DNA of 64,000 nt from Nanobdellota archaeon (GCA_038046005.1 JBBSXB010000001.1:64001-128000); one strand, 5' to 3'. Shown: positions 50,487 through 59,988, counted from the first letter of the stretch. The notes: generated by a model from the sequence alone, not told the origin. A program made the numbers and translations.

Positions 50487-50560
50487 AATAATAAACCTGG
50501 ATGTTGGTTTTTAAAGTTTACTATAGATAACTTTAAATAAAATGAGTGAAAAATAATATC

Positions 50561-51303
50561 ATGACTCCAGACAAGTTAATAGAACTAAAAAATGTTGCAA
50601 AGTATTATGAGATGGGCTAGGCGACAGTCAAGGCTCTTGACTCCATTAATTTAGTAATAGAAAAGGGGATTTTGTCGCAATTATGGGGCCCAGCGGATCT
50701 GGAAAAAGCACAGCAATGAATCTAACAGGAAGTCTTGATTTGGCGACGAAAGGAGATATTTTTCTTTCCAATGAAAACATTGAAGATATGACTGAATCTG
50801 AACTGGCACAGCTGCGCGGGAAAAAAATAGGATTGATTTTTCAGCAATTTAACCTTATCCCAAATTTAACTGCGAAAGAAAATATAATGCTGCCAATGTT
50901 ATTCCAGGGCATTAGCAAAGACGAAAGAGAAAGAAAAGCTAAAGAACTTTTGAAGCTTGTAGAATTGACCGACAGAGAAGAACATTACCCAAACCAGCTT
51001 TCCGGAGGGCAGCAACAAAGAGTGGCGATTGCTCGTTCTTTGGCTAATGATCCAGAGATAATTTTAGCAGATGAGCCCACGGGAAATTTAGACAGCAAGA
51101 CCGGTAAAAAAGTCATGGAATTTCTAAAAAAACTTAATGAAAAAGATAGAACAATAATAATTGTGACGCACGATCCAAATTTAGCTAGAGAGTATGCAAA
51201 AACAATTTATTCTCTAAGAGATGGAGTAATTGAGTCAGTTGAGAGAAAAACAAAAAATTCTTGGAAAAAAATAAGGGAAGAGAAAAACAAAAAAGGGGGA
51301 TAA
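50561..51303 (+). pseudogene. LolD/MacB-type ABC ATPase, disrupted
   Basis: ATG at 50561 (LIELKNVAKYY); in-frame TAG at 50618 and a frameshift near 50665 before GPSGSGKS; LSGGQQQR and ILADEPTG intact. Confidence 0.85.
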
Positions 51304-51338
51304 ACTGTCAAAATTGATTCTGGCTTTTAATTTTTACA

Positions 51339-52557
51339 ATGATTAAAGATTATTTTACACTTGCTTTTGGGAGTGTCAGGCATAGGGGGTTAAGAAGTTG
51401 GCTCACGATGCTTGGGGTTTTTATTGGAATCGCTGCAGTTGTTTCATTAATCTCCATGGGCCAAGGATTGAAAACAGCCGTTACTGGCCAATTTGGAGCT
51501 TTATCAGTTGACAAATTAACTATCCAGAACAAAGGAACAGCATTTGGGCCTCCTGGAAGCACTGTTGTTGAAAAATTAAATGACGGGGATGTAAGAATAA
51601 TAACAGAGGCTAGGGGGGTTGATAAAGTGGTCACGAGGCTGATAAGAGTTGTAAATTTAGAGTATAATAAAGTTGCAGAGTTTACGTATATGGGAGACAT
51701 TCCCAATACTCAAGAAGGAGCAAATTTGGTTTATACAAGTCTTAATGTTGGCGCAAAAGAAGGCAGACTTTTAAAACCTGATGACAGTGGAAAAGTCTTA
51801 TTGGGAAATAATTTTGAAAACAACCAAAATTTTGGGAAGAAAGTTCAAGTTGGGAAAACAATAAAATTAAACGGAAAAGATTTTGAGATTGTTGGAATTC
51901 TTGAGAAAAGCAGCAGTTTACAAATTAATGGAGTAGCTTTAACCACAACTAAAGATTTGGAAGATTTGCTCAATATAAAAAATGAGTATGATTTGATTAT
52001 TGCACAGGTAACAGATCAAAATGAGATAGAAAGTGTTGCAGCAGATATTGAGAACAGACTAAGAAAAGCTCGGAATGAAAAAGTTGGGGAAGAAAGTTTT
52101 AGTGTACAAACGCCCATTGAGGCATTGGGTTCTGTCACAACTATACTAGATATTGTCAACATAGTGGTTGTGGGTATTGCAATGATTTCATTGCTCGTCG
52201 GAGGAATTGGAATTGCAAACACAATGTACACAAGTGTAATTGAGAGGAGAAAACAAATAGGCGTAATGAAAGCTGTTGGAGCAAGAAATAAAGATATTTT
52301 ACATATTTTTGATTGAGTCTGGGCTTTTGGGTTTCACTGGAGCAGCTATGGGGGTTTTATTGGGATTTTTAGCGAGCAAAATGATAGAGTACATTGCAAT
52401 TAATATGTTAAAAACAAATTTGCTTCAAGTTGCCGCGCCAGTTTACCTTATTTTAGGGTGTTTAACTTTTGGTTTTTTAATTGGGGCTATATCTGGGACT
52501 TTCCCAGCAATAAGAGCGTCAAAAGTTAACATTGTTGATGCTTTGCGTTACGAATAA
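51339..52557 (+). pseudogene. MacB/FtsX-type ABC permease, frameshifted
   Basis: LRSWLTMLGVFIGI, GGIGIANTM, ERRKQIG. Frame change in T-runs near 52300; the C-terminus FLIESGLLG...DALRYE is in another frame. Confidence 0.85.
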
Positions 52558-52644
52558 TTAAAAAATATTAACAAACAGTGAACACAAATCTTTATAAATA
52601 GGATTTTACTTTGAAAGACTAATAAAAAGAAGTTGGAAAATAAA

Positions 52645-52836
52645 ATGAAAAAGTGTATTTATTGCAGTGCCGAAATTCCTTCTGAGAGTGTAATTGATTT
52701 CTGCCACAGATGTGGTGTTGGTGTTTGGGGAGAAAAAATGTTCAAAGCAATACTTCAAAATATGGAGGATGCAAGAGCTAAAGGAGACCTTTGTGATCCT
52801 GGAAACACAAGAGGCGAGATTTCTGGAAGAAGATAA
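52645..52836 (+). CDS. small CxxC...CxxC zinc-finger protein
   Basis: MKKCIYC...FCHRCG; TATA-like box upstream. Confidence 0.7.
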   Translation: MKKCIYCSAEIPSESVIDFCHRCGVGVWGEKMFKAILQNMEDARAKGDLCDPGNTRGEISGRR

Positions 52837-52874
52837 ATCAATAGTTTTTTAAAGGAACTTTTTCTGACTAATTC

Positions 52875-53138
52875 ATGAGAAAAAAACCTGTTAAACAAAA
52901 GGGAAAATTAAGCTTTAGTAGGTACTTTCAAGAGCTGAATCCAGGAGATTTTGTTTCAGTTATAAAAGAGCTGTCAGTTCCATCAACCTTCCCAAAAAGA
53001 CTTCAAGGCAGAACTGGAGTTGTTGAAGGAAAAAGGGGAAGAACCTATGTTGTAAATATAAAAGACCAGGAAAAAAGTAAGAAATTTTTGATAGAAGCCA
53101 TACATTTAAAAAAAATAAAAGCTATGGAGAAAGCATGA
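52875..53138 (+). CDS. rpl21e: 50S ribosomal protein eL21
   Basis: FQELNPGDFV, QGRTGVV, HLKK. Confidence 0.93.
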   Translation: MRKKPVKQKGKLSFSRYFQELNPGDFVSVIKELSVPSTFPKRLQGRTGVVEGKRGRTYVVNIKDQEKSKKFLIEAIHLKKIKAMEKA

Positions 53139-53440
53139 TAAAAAACACCGAAGCCATAAGTATGGCAGAATCAATAGAATATTTAAAAGAAGCAAAAGAT
53201 GAAGGAAAAGAAACAATTGCTTTTATAAAAAAGTTCAACAAACTTTCACCAAAAGATGGAAAAGAAATGAGGGCAAAATTGGAGAAAGCAGATATTATAA
53301 AACTTGATGAAAAAAGCATAAGCAAGATAATTGATGTTTTACCAGAAAATGCTGAAGAGATAAACAAAATTTTTGTAGGAGTAAGTTTAGATGAAGAAGA
53401 GAGCAAAAAAATAGTAGAAATTGTAAAGGGGATTAAATGA
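53135..53440 (+). CDS. rpoF: RNA polymerase subunit Rpo4 (F)
   Basis: KIIDVLPENAEE; position between rpl21e and DUF655. Confidence 0.88.
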   Translation: MIKNTEAISMAESIEYLKEAKDEGKETIAFIKKFNKLSPKDGKEMRAKLEKADIIKLDEKSISKIIDVLPENAEEINKIFVGVSLDEEESKKIVEIVKGIK

Positions 53441-53446
53441 CACCAC

Positions 53447-53503
53447 ATGAAACAACATCAAAGATTTTCATTCACCAAGATAAAAGCGAGAGGATTAATT
53501 TAA
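53447..53503 (+). other. intergenic hairpin/mini-ORF element (18 codons, MKQHQRFSFTKIKARGLI)
   Basis: ATGAAA-CAAC-ATC-AAA-GAT-TTTCAT hairpin; its TAA abuts the DUF655 ATG. Confidence 0.5.
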
Positions 53504-54037
53504 ATGAAAGAGGAATATGCAATAATACTAGAATTTTTACCAAATGGCTATCCTTTAGAGAGAAAAATGATGCCGATAGCACAAGCTATAGGAAAAAGTC
53601 ATTTAACTCTTTTGGAGCTAGTTCCCCGAAGAGGAATTTCTTTGGAAATTGGGGAAGAAGTTTATATTGGTGAAGGTAAAAGACCAAAAGTTTATTATAT
53701 TTTTGGTAGGTTGGACCGGGAAAGACTTACCGAAACTGCAAAATCACAACTACAGGAGTTTATAGAAAAGGTAGTAGCTGAAAAGGAAAAAGATTATGTT
53801 GCGTTTTTCAATAAAGCTGAAGCGATAAATAAAAGAATACACCAGATTGAGTTAATTCCAGGATTGGGAAAAAAACACATGCAAGAAATAATAAAACAAC
53901 GAGAAGAAAAATTATTCGAGTCATTCGAAGATTTGAAAAAAAGAATACCAAATCTTCCAGACCCTAAAAAAGCAATAGAGAAAAGGATTTTTAAAGAGCT
54001 GACAACAATCGAGAGATATAATTTATTTGTAATATAA
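53504..54037 (+). CDS. DUF655 RNA-binding protein
   Basis: KEEYAIILEFLPNG, LTLLELVP, HQIELIPGLGKK. Confidence 0.92.
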   Translation: MKEEYAIILEFLPNGYPLERKMMPIAQAIGKSHLTLLELVPRRGISLEIGEEVYIGEGKRPKVYYIFGRLDRERLTETAKSQLQEFIEKVVAEKEKDYVAFFNKAEAINKRIHQIELIPGLGKKHMQEIIKQREEKLFESFEDLKKRIPNLPDPKKAIEKRIFKELTTIERYNLFVI

Positions 54038-54038
54038 A

Positions 54039-54527
54039 ATGGAAGTAAAAATACAAACACCAAAAGATGAAGGAAGAGTAGTTAGAATTTTGTCAAAAGA
54101 TATAGAAGGAAAAATGAAGATGTATGTGGGGTTGACAAAAATAAAAGGAATATCTTGGAGTTTGTCGAATGCTATTTGTAGAAAACTTGGAATTGATAAA
54201 AATAGAAAGATAGGATCTTTGAGTGATGAAGAGATAAAAAAGGTTTCTGAGTTTGTGAAAAATCCAGATTTACCAAAGCAAATGTTTAACAGACAAAAAG
54301 ATTTTGAAAGCGGAGAAAACAAGCACCTTGTTGGAAGCGATTTTGACCTGAGAAGAGATTTCGATATAAAGAGACTTAAACAAATTAAAAGTTATAGAGG
54401 GGCAAGGCACACAAGCAAACTGCCGGTAAGAGGACAGAGAACCAAAGGCCACTTTAGATCAAACAGAAAAAAAGGTTCTGGAATTAAAAAGAAAGTTACA
54501 GTCGAAACTAAAAAAAATATAAAATGA
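54039..54527 (+). CDS. rps13: 30S ribosomal protein uS13
   Basis: LTKIKGI, SYRGARH, LPVRGQRT. Confidence 0.97.
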   Translation: MEVKIQTPKDEGRVVRILSKDIEGKMKMYVGLTKIKGISWSLSNAICRKLGIDKNRKIGSLSDEEIKKVSEFVKNPDLPKQMFNRQKDFESGENKHLVGSDFDLRRDFDIKRLKQIKSYRGARHTSKLPVRGQRTKGHFRSNRKKGSGIKKKVTVETKKNIK

Positions 54528-54583
54528 AAGCAAATATAAAATTTTCATCCATTAGAAATGAAAAGGGAGAATATTCCAAATGA
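54524..54583 (+). other. intergenic hairpin/mini-ORF element (19 codons, MKANIKFSSIRNEKGEYSK)
   Basis: ATGA overlaps with both the rps13 stop and the rps4 start; shares ATGAAAGCAAAT and ATTTTCAT with the 14984 copy. Confidence 0.55.
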
Positions 54584-55065
54584 AGAGAAAACACAAGACA
54601 TATTCAAGGCCAAAAAGACCTTTTGATAAAGTAAGAATTGAAGAAGAAGGAAAAATAAAAGAAGAATTTGGACTCAAAAATAAAACTGAGATATGGAAGG
54701 CTGAAGCTAGGGTAAAAGATATAAGAGAAAAAGCGAAAAAGCTTATTAAATCATCTCACGAAGATCAAAAAGTACTTTTTGCAAAACTTCAAAAATTGGG
54801 TTTCAAAGTTAGCTCAATTGGTGAGGCATTGTCATTAGACAAAAAAGATTACCTAAATAAAAGACTTCAGACAATTGTTGCAAGAAAAAAAATTGCGCCA
54901 ACAATCAAATCTGCAAGACAATTAATAACACATAGAAAAATATTAGTTGATGAACGAATAGTTGACAGTCCCTCTTATATTGTTCCTATTGATCTTGAAA
55001 ATAAAATATCTATCAGAAAAAATAATAAAGTTAAGGTCGCACAAAAAATCGGAGTAGAAGAATGA
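54580..55065 (+). CDS. rps4: 30S ribosomal protein uS4
   Basis: PKRPF, FGLKNKTEIW, RLQT, ARQLITH. Confidence 0.96.
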   Translation: MKRKHKTYSRPKRPFDKVRIEEEGKIKEEFGLKNKTEIWKAEARVKDIREKAKKLIKSSHEDQKVLFAKLQKLGFKVSSIGEALSLDKKDYLNKRLQTIVARKKIAPTIKSARQLITHRKILVDERIVDSPSYIVPIDLENKISIRKNNKVKVAQKIGVEE

Positions 55066-55535
55066 CTGAACAAGAAGTTGCAGAACTGAAAAAAGATGAA
55101 GTGGTTGAGTCTGACTCTGAAGAAAAAAACAAAGATAAGGAAAAAGTAAAAAAGAAAGGACAAGAGATAGAGGCAGTTGTGAATATTTATACTTCTTTCA
55201 ATAACACAATAGTTCATGTGACTGACATGTCTGGAAAAACCATAACAAAGGTTACTGGGGGTATGATAACAAAACACGACAGATTAAAGGCTAATCCGAC
55301 AATAGCAATGTTTATTGCAAAAAGAGTTTCAGAAAACATAAGAGAGCTTGGAATAAAATCTCTTTATATAAGAATAAGAGCAAAAACAAATAGTCCTGCG
55401 CCAGGCCCAGGGGCTAACGCATTAATAAAAAGTCTCTCTAGAGAAGGATTTAAAATTTTGAATATTCTTGACACAACAAGGATGCCTAGAGGCGGACCAA
55501 AGAAAAAAGGAGGAAGAAGAGGAAGAAGAGTTTAA
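55062..55535 (+). CDS. rps11: 30S ribosomal protein uS11
   Basis: SFNNTIVHVTD, PGPGA, GGRRGRRV. Confidence 0.97.
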   Translation: MTEQEVAELKKDEVVESDSEEKNKDKEKVKKKGQEIEAVVNIYTSFNNTIVHVTDMSGKTITKVTGGMITKHDRLKANPTIAMFIAKRVSENIRELGIKSLYIRIRAKTNSPAPGPGANALIKSLSREGFKILNILDTTRMPRGGPKKKGGRRGRRV

Positions 55536-55588
55536 ATCTTCCAAAACGGTTTACTTTGTGAAAACGTTTAGAGGAAGAAGAGTTTAAA
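55518..55588. repeat. 19-bp direct repeat flanking a 33-nt hairpin-forming insert
   Basis: AGAGGAAGAAGAGTTTAAA at 55518-55536 and 55570-55588. Confidence 0.8.
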
Positions 55589-55611
55589 AAGCTCTTTTAT
55601 CAATTTTTAGT

Positions 55612-56328
55612 ATGGAAATAATAGAAAAGAAAGAAAATAAGATAATTTTTAAGGCAAAGATGGACACAAGCTTAAGCAACGCTATAAGAAGATATGTTTT
55701 TCACATTCCTGTTTTAGCGATTGATGAAGTGGAAATACACAAAAATGATTCTGCCCTATATGACGAAACAATAGCCCACAGAATAGGATTGATTCCATTA
55801 GACTCAAAAAAAGTTTCTCAAAAAAAAGAAGTTAATCTGAAGCTTGATGTTAAAAAAGAAGGCATTGTGTACAGTGGAGAATTTCATGGAGACGTAAAGC
55901 CAGCATATGACAAAATCCCAATAACTTCTTTAGGTAAAGGGCAAGAGATAGAATTAACAGCAATAGCCAGAATGGGCCAAGGAAGCACTCATGCAAAATT
56001 TTCTCCAGGGTTTATGACCTATAGAGAAGCTATGGAAGTTAAGGTTGATAAAAATATTCCGAAAGAATTTTTGGATGAATTGCCAGAACAAGTTGTAAAA
56101 AAAGGAGAAGCCATTGTTTATGATCCTTCTGTCTTGGAAAAAGTTGAATATTGTGCAGAAATAGCAAATAAAAAAGATAAAGAGTATGTAAAAATAACTC
56201 CTAGTGGCGAAGTGGTATTGAGTGTTGAAAGCTTTGGGCAAATTACTCCCGAAGAAATTTTTAAGAAAGCCATGGAAGCTTTAAAAGATGATATGGAAGA
56301 CTTATCTAAATCTATTTCAAAATCTTAA
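55612..56328 (+). CDS. rpoD: RNA polymerase subunit Rpo3 (D)
   Basis: NAIRR, NDSALYDETIAHRIGLIPL, HAKFSPG, VESFGQ. Confidence 0.96.
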   Translation: MEIIEKKENKIIFKAKMDTSLSNAIRRYVFHIPVLAIDEVEIHKNDSALYDETIAHRIGLIPLDSKKVSQKKEVNLKLDVKKEGIVYSGEFHGDVKPAYDKIPITSLGKGQEIELTAIARMGQGSTHAKFSPGFMTYREAMEVKVDKNIPKEFLDELPEQVVKKGEAIVYDPSVLEKVEYCAEIANKKDKEYVKITPSGEVVLSVESFGQITPEEIFKKAMEALKDDMEDLSKSISKS

Positions 56329-56375
56329 TTCTAAAGGTTTTTATATATAAGAGACGCGTTTTTTATAGACAATCC

Positions 56376-56459
56376 GCAGGAGTAGCGAAGTGGTCAAACG
56401 CGTAAGACTCAAAATCTTATGGCTTAGTGCCTTCAGAGGTTCGAATCCTCTCTCCTGCA
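56376..56459 (+). tRNA. tRNA-Leu(CAA)
   Basis: GCAGGAG...CTCCTGC-A; anticodon arm TAAGA-CTCAAAA-TCTTA; long variable arm. Confidence 0.95.
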
Positions 56460-56504
56460 TTTTTGAGAAAGAAAAAATTTAAAAGAGAGAGAGTTAAATT
56501 ATAC

Positions 56505-56833
56505 ATGGGAGAAAAGAGAGAATGGAGTAAACTAGCTGTTTGGAGTTTTGTTTTAGTTATTTCATCAATAGTTCTTATGAGTCTAGCATATATTTTAGAG
56601 ATAATCAGTTCAGACAGATACTACTCATTTTATTCCGAATTTCCTGCATTTATATTTTTATTTGGGCTTCTTCCATTATATCTAACTTTAGTGGGCTTAT
56701 TTTAGCAATAATTTCGCTGAAAAAAATAAAAAAAGAAAATTTAAGAGGAAGGGTTCTTGCCTGGATTGCGATAGTCATACCTGTTATAATATTTTCTATA
56801 CAAATAATCATGATTTTCCTACCTTCACAATAA
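56505..56833 (+). pseudogene. DUF4190-like small membrane protein, frameshifted
   Basis: SKLAVWSFVL... then GLILAIISLKKIKKENLRGRVLAWIAIV in another frame; shift at GGCTTATTTTAG near 56700. Confidence 0.65.
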
Positions 56834-56889
56834 CACCCAAATCGAACATTTTATAAACCCATTTCTTCTCCAAATTTTACAACCTGCGA

Positions 56890-56926
56890 GCTAACGCGAT
56901 AGTAGGCAAAAACTACTTCTGTTAGC
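56890..56926 (+). promoter_or_regulatory. structured 5' leader of the rpl18e-rpl13-rps9 operon
   Basis: GCTAAC/GTTAGC and AGTAG/CTACT stems between a TTTATAAA box (~56850) and the ATG at 56934. Confidence 0.5.
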
Positions 56927-56933
56927 AATTAAG

Positions 56934-57302
56934 ATGAAATCGAAAACAAAAATTAATAAACAATTACAGAGAAAAACAAATTCAAGTTTAGTTGAAACTG
57001 TAAGAGGCGCTGCAAAAAATGAAAAATGGAAAGAAGTTGCAAACATTCTTTCTTATCCTAGAAGACAAAGAACAGAAGTGAATCTTGATAAATTAAGCTC
57101 AGAATCTAAAGTGGGAGAAGTTGTAATTATTCCGGGAAAAGTTCTTTCTAATGGAGAAATAAATAAAAAAATAAAAGTGGCGGCATTTTCTTTTTCACAA
57201 AAAGCCAGGGAAAAGTTATTAAGTGCTGGCTGTCAAGTTTTAAGTATTGAAGAAGAAATTAAAAATAATCCAGAAGCAAAAGGAGTGAAGATTCTAAAAT
57301 GA
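56934..57302 (+). CDS. rpl18e: 50S ribosomal protein eL18
   Basis: PRRQRTEVNL, IPGKVLSNG, AAFSFS. Confidence 0.96.
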   Translation: MKSKTKINKQLQRKTNSSLVETVRGAAKNEKWKEVANILSYPRRQRTEVNLDKLSSESKVGEVVIIPGKVLSNGEINKKIKVAAFSFSQKAREKLLSAGCQVLSIEEEIKNNPEAKGVKILK

Positions 57303-57688
57303 AAATAATCGATGGAAAAAATGCAGTTCTTGGAAGACTTGGAGCTTATGTCGCCAAAGAGGCATTAAAGGGAGAAGAAATTGTGGTTTTAAATTGTGAA
57401 CAAATTATAATTACTGGGAATAAAAAAGAGATACAGGAAAAGTTTAGGGAAAAAAGAACAAAGATTGGAAGCGGGCAAACAGGGCCAAAACATTCAAGGC
57501 TTTCCCACTTGATTGTAAAAAGGGCAATAAGAGGAATGTTGCCAAGAGCCAGTATGGGACGAGGCAGGGAAGCGTTTAAGAGAATAAAATGCTATTCTGG
57601 GGTTCCAAAAGAATTTGAACAGGCAAAAAAAATATCTCTTGATGAGAAAAAAAGTAAATTTATATTAGTCAAAGAAATTGTAGAATGA
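57299..57688 (+). CDS. rpl13: 50S ribosomal protein uL13
   Basis: IIDGKNAVLGRL, KRAIRGMLP. Confidence 0.96.
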   Translation: MKIIDGKNAVLGRLGAYVAKEALKGEEIVVLNCEQIIITGNKKEIQEKFREKRTKIGSGQTGPKHSRLSHLIVKRAIRGMLPRASMGRGREAFKRIKCYSGVPKEFEQAKKISLDEKKSKFILVKEIVE

Positions 57689-58086
57689 AAAAAATAGTCA
57701 AATCAGGAAAAAGAAAAATGGCAGTTGCAAGAGCAGTGTTAGTAGACGGAACAGGAAAAATTATGATAAATAAAAAAGACTACAAAAATTTACATATTTT
57801 TGACAAACTTAAAATTGAAGAACCTTTGAGAATCTATCAGGCAATGATTGGAGATTTAAATTTTGACGTCGAGATATTTGTAAGAGGTGGTGGAGAAAAG
57901 GGACAAATAGAGGCTGCGAAAATTGCTTTGTCCAGATCGATTATTGAATTTGCAAAATCTGCCGAATTAAGAAAAGCATTCATAGAATATGACAGAAGTT
58001 TACTTGTTGCAGATGTAAGAAGAAAAGAAGCTTACAAACCTGGAGACAGTAAGGCAAGAAGTAAAAGACAAAAGTCGTACAGATAA
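57685..58086 (+). CDS. rps9: 30S ribosomal protein uS9
   Basis: GKRKMAVARA, VRGGG, ARSKRQKSYR. Confidence 0.97.
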   Translation: MKKIVKSGKRKMAVARAVLVDGTGKIMINKKDYKNLHIFDKLKIEEPLRIYQAMIGDLNFDVEIFVRGGGEKGQIEAAKIALSRSIIEFAKSAELRKAFIEYDRSLLVADVRRKEAYKPGDSKARSKRQKSYR

Positions 58087-58866
58087 TCAATCTTTTATTT
58101 TATTTATTCCCAGCGTTTCAAATTTATTCTGGACATGATTAAACAGCGTCGAGGAAATCAAAGGTTGATGCACTCCGGGATGTGTTTGATTATCAAATTT
58201 TACTTTTCCCAAATAAGCCTGATTAGTGAGAATTTTCTTTAGGCCGTTTACAGAAAAACCATATTTTTTTGACAGCTGTGTTAAACTTATTTTCTGGTTT
58301 AAAAAATCTTGGAATACTTCATTGACAAGGTAAGAATTTTCTGCTGGAATAAGTTTTTTATCGACCATTTTATAGCCAAATGGTGCCCTCGTTATTGGAT
58401 TTCCATCACGGGCTTTTTTATCCATACTGAACTTTGTTCTTTCCCCAGTAACATTTCTTTCAAATTCTGCAAAAGCAGATATTATATGAAACATTAACTT
58501 TCCTGAAGCGCTTGTTGTTTCAATTTTGTCCTGCAAAGATATGAAATCAACACCCCATTGTTTTAGTTTTTCTATGGTTTCTATTAAATCTCGCAAAGAA
58601 CGGGAAAATCTATCAAGTTTGTATACGAAAATTGCCTGGAATTTGTGATTTCTCGCATCTTCAAGTAACTCAACTATTTCTGGCCTACCTTTGATATCTT
58701 TGGCAGACTTACCTTCGTCTTTGTATATTCTTAGAACTTCGTAACCTAAAGCAGAAGCATAGTTTTTAAGTGCTTCTTCTTGTGCCGACATCGAAATTCC
58801 ATGCTTGACTTGTTCTTCTGTTGAGACTCTTATGTAAATTGCTGCTAGGGGTTTTATTTGATTCAT
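58087..58866 (-). CDS. serine recombinase (catalytic domain plus recombinase domain, no zinc ribbon)
   Basis: YIRVSTEEQ, DEGKSA, RP, KLDRFSR, FAEFER, APFGY, ILTNQAYLG, HQPLIS. Probable start MNQIK at 58866 (ATGA overlap with the upstream gene), 259 aa. Confidence 0.93.
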   Translation of the reverse strand: MNQIKPLAAIYIRVSTEEQVKHGISMSAQEEALKNYASALGYEVLRIYKDEGKSAKDIKGRPEIVELLEDARNHKFQAIFVYKLDRFSRSLRDLIETIEKLKQWGVDFISLQDKIETTSASGKLMFHIISAFAEFERNVTGERTKFSMDKKARDGNPITRAPFGYKMVDKKLIPAENSYLVNEVFQDFLNQKISLTQLSKKYGFSVNGLKKILTNQAYLGKVKFDNQTHPGVHQPLISSTLFNHVQNKFETLGINKIKD

Positions 58867-59513
58867 GCTTTCACGCCTATCAAAACCGTCCAAACAGGAC
58901 CAACAGATTTAATTTTCAGGTCTTGGCAATAATTTGAAAGAAGAACCTTAATGTTAGTTAAGTCTACTCTATCAAATGAAGCTTTGTCTAAGACAGTTTT
59001 GTCTTCCTTTATAGACATAACCTTAAAGCCCAAGTAGGAATAATATTTTCTTAAAAAGGTTGTTGTTCTTTTGTCTCTTTTCCAAGTGAATATCAAAATT
59101 GTGCCTCCTCTTTTTGTTACTCTTAAAATTTCTCTTAATAGTTTCTCTTTGGAATCAATGCTTCCAATGAGATTATAAGCCGCATAAGTTACGTCAAAAA
59201 AATTGTCTGGAAAAGTCATGTTGAAAGCATCCATGTTTAAAATCTCAACATTAGGAGAGTTTGCAAGATTTTTTCGAGCAATTTTTAATACTGATTCGTT
59301 ATTATCTATGCCAACAAGTTTTTTCACGAACTGAAACAACTTGTCTGCAGGTCTACCTGTCCCACAACCAACATCTAGGACAACTTTGTTTTGGCATATT
59401 TTTTTTAAAAGGTTGAACTCATATTTGAATGACTCTTTAGCCTCCTTTAATGGTTTTTCTACTGCTTTTACTTGCTCTCTGACATACTCTTGACCATAAT
59501 CTCTCTTTTCCAC
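58863..59513 (-). CDS. class I SAM methyltransferase (UbiE/Methyltransf_11-like)
   Basis: VLDVGCGTG, GID, FPDNFFDV, RVTKRGG. Confidence 0.87.
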   Translation of the reverse strand: MEKRDYGQEYVREQVKAVEKPLKEAKESFKYEFNLLKKICQNKVVLDVGCGTGRPADKLFQFVKKLVGIDNNESVLKIARKNLANSPNVEILNMDAFNMTFPDNFFDVTYAAYNLIGSIDSKEKLLREILRVTKRGGTILIFTWKRDKRTTTFLRKYYSYLGFKVMSIKEDKTVLDKASFDRVDLTNIKVLLSNYCQDLKIKSVGPVWTVLIGVKA

Positions 59514-59521
59514 ATACTTAT

Positions 59522-59581
59522 TTGTGCACTTAGGTTTAAAAAGTTATTGTGCACGTGGATTTAGGACACCCTAAGTGCGCG
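59522..59581. repeat. palindromic recombination-site-like repeat, degenerate copy 1
   Basis: TTGTGCACTTAGGTT (59522-59536), TTGTGCAC (59547) and CGTGGATTTAG-GACACC-CTAAGTGCGCG (59554-59581). Confidence 0.7.
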
Positions 59582-59682
59582 TTTTTAACGAGGGAAATGT
59601 GGTTTTTGAGGATTTTGGGAGTAATTTTATGAACTAAGATAAGCAAAGTGAAGAGAAGAAATATCTAAATAGCGTAAATAGA

Positions 59683-59988
59683 TTATTCTGCTTCTTTAGA
59701 GATTACTTTAACTAAGTCATATCTTGAAGAACTTGCGTCAGCTGGCGGATTTTTAATTTTTGTTATTTTTACTTCAAGAACATATGAATATCCTTCTTCA
59801 TAATCAAATCCATCAATAGAATTATAGAAACGTTCCCCATTCACTATCAAACACTTCATTGGGACTCCACCAACACAATCAACCTTATTTGGACCAATAG
59901 TAATGGTTTCAGTACTAGGAAAAGTTGTAAAGAGTAGTATTATTATAAAAATTATAATGTAAAACCACCATTTTTTTAGTAAATTCAT
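59683..59988 (-). CDS. DUF4377 domain protein with N-terminal membrane anchor
   Basis: VDCVGGVPMKCL, IDGFDYEEGY, NPPADASS. Confidence 0.85.
   Translation of the reverse strand: MNLLKKWWFYIIIFIIILLFTTFPSTETITIGPNKVDCVGGVPMKCLIVNGERFYNSIDGFDYEEGYSYVLEVKITKIKNPPADASSSRYDLVKVISKEAE

Noticed and set aside
50618-50620. In-frame TAG in the ABC ATPase as pyrrolysine or readthrough
   Set aside because: It is followed by a frameshift, and the partner permease is also broken; TAG is a normal stop in sui1 and rps14.
53437-53673. 78-aa ORF starting at the rpoF stop
   Set aside because: Overlaps DUF655 out of frame for ~170 nt with no family features; the 18-codon ORF at 53447 explains the spacer better.
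56427-56504. N-terminal extension of the 92-aa ORF
   Set aside because: Its start lies inside tRNA-Leu(CAA); the plausible start is the ATG at 56505.
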